A stretch of 64,000 bases of DNA from Terriglobia bacterium (GTDB taxonomy: Bacteria; Acidobacteriota; Terriglobia; 2-12-FULL-54-10). Shown here piece after piece: positions 63,795 to 64,000 of the stretch (position 1 is the stretch's first letter; every line of letters starts with the position of its first letter). The notes beneath the pieces are model-generated. The model was not told the DNA's origin and did no database searches. It saw nothing but the letters and a program-made list of their open reading frames with translations. The DNA is taken from contig CAXVYR010000004.1 of NCBI GenBank assembly GCA_963666975.2, positions 2,048,001 through 2,112,000 of the forward strand, written 5' to 3'. Both the position numbers and the translations under genes were made by a program.

Positions 63795-64000
63795 ATGAAG
63801 AATGAGGAAATACGTTGTGTCCAGTCCGAGCCGATCCTGCTGTCATTACGAGACGCGGCGGCACGGCTCTGCATCGCTGTATCCACACTGCGCCGGTGGC
63901 TGCGGGAGAGGCGGCTAGCGCATGTTCGATGCGGACGTGCCGTGAGGATCGAGTCAACAGAGGTTCAGCGATTCATTGCCGCTAACCGTCACCCCGCTAG
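63795..64000 (+). CDS. Excisionase-family (HTH_17/MerR-like) DNA-binding protein, runs off the window
   Basis: Hand translation: LLSLRDAAARLCIAVSTLRRWLRERRLAHVRCGRAVRIESTEVQRFI; AGGAGG RBS. Confidence 0.85.
   Translation, partial: MKNEEIRCVQSEPILLSLRDAAARLCIAVSTLRRWLRERRLAHVRCGRAVRIESTEVQRFIAANRHPA

Noticed and set aside
54000-64000. CRISPR array or cas2 near cas1
   Set aside because: No regularly spaced direct repeats or Cas2-sized ferredoxin-like ORF seen by eye; the duplicated sequences here are IS remnants
62251-64000. Calling this a bona fide casposon
   Set aside because: No PolB, terminal inverted repeats or target duplication are visible in the window

Overview
High-GC bacterial chromosome segment; gene content suggests an Acidobacteria-like organism (inference only). 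About 1-45.9 kb is mostly housekeeping: xseA, ndk, sucCD, trpD/G/E, fused aroD-aroE, an 8-gene DUF4159/VWA/TPR-peptidase/MoxR/DUF58/BatA/DUF4175 operon, hppA, hemD and hemE-hemH-hemY, an SPFH protein, a desaturase and csp. Two things interrupt it: a small toxin/defence islet (higB-higA-HEPN RNase plus a broken antitoxin) and a decayed respiratory cluster (IS-split nrfD, nonaheme cytochrome c, cytochrome b stub). From about 46 kb to the end is an IS-rich accessory region around tRNA-Val(GAC). It holds a tyrosine integrase stub, an excisionase missed by the ORF track, and a CGNR zinc-finger gene translationally coupled to a stand-alone Cas1 with no CRISPR array and no other cas genes. An IS3 truncates this Cas1, and what looks like its missing C-terminal HTH tail lies 16 kb away on the opposite strand. 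This solo-Cas1 integrative element is the best candidate for an undescribed system. A second candidate is a promoter, structured leader and 57-aa hydrophobic peptide that resembles a type I toxin locus. All family calls come from motif recognition by eye; no database searches were run.
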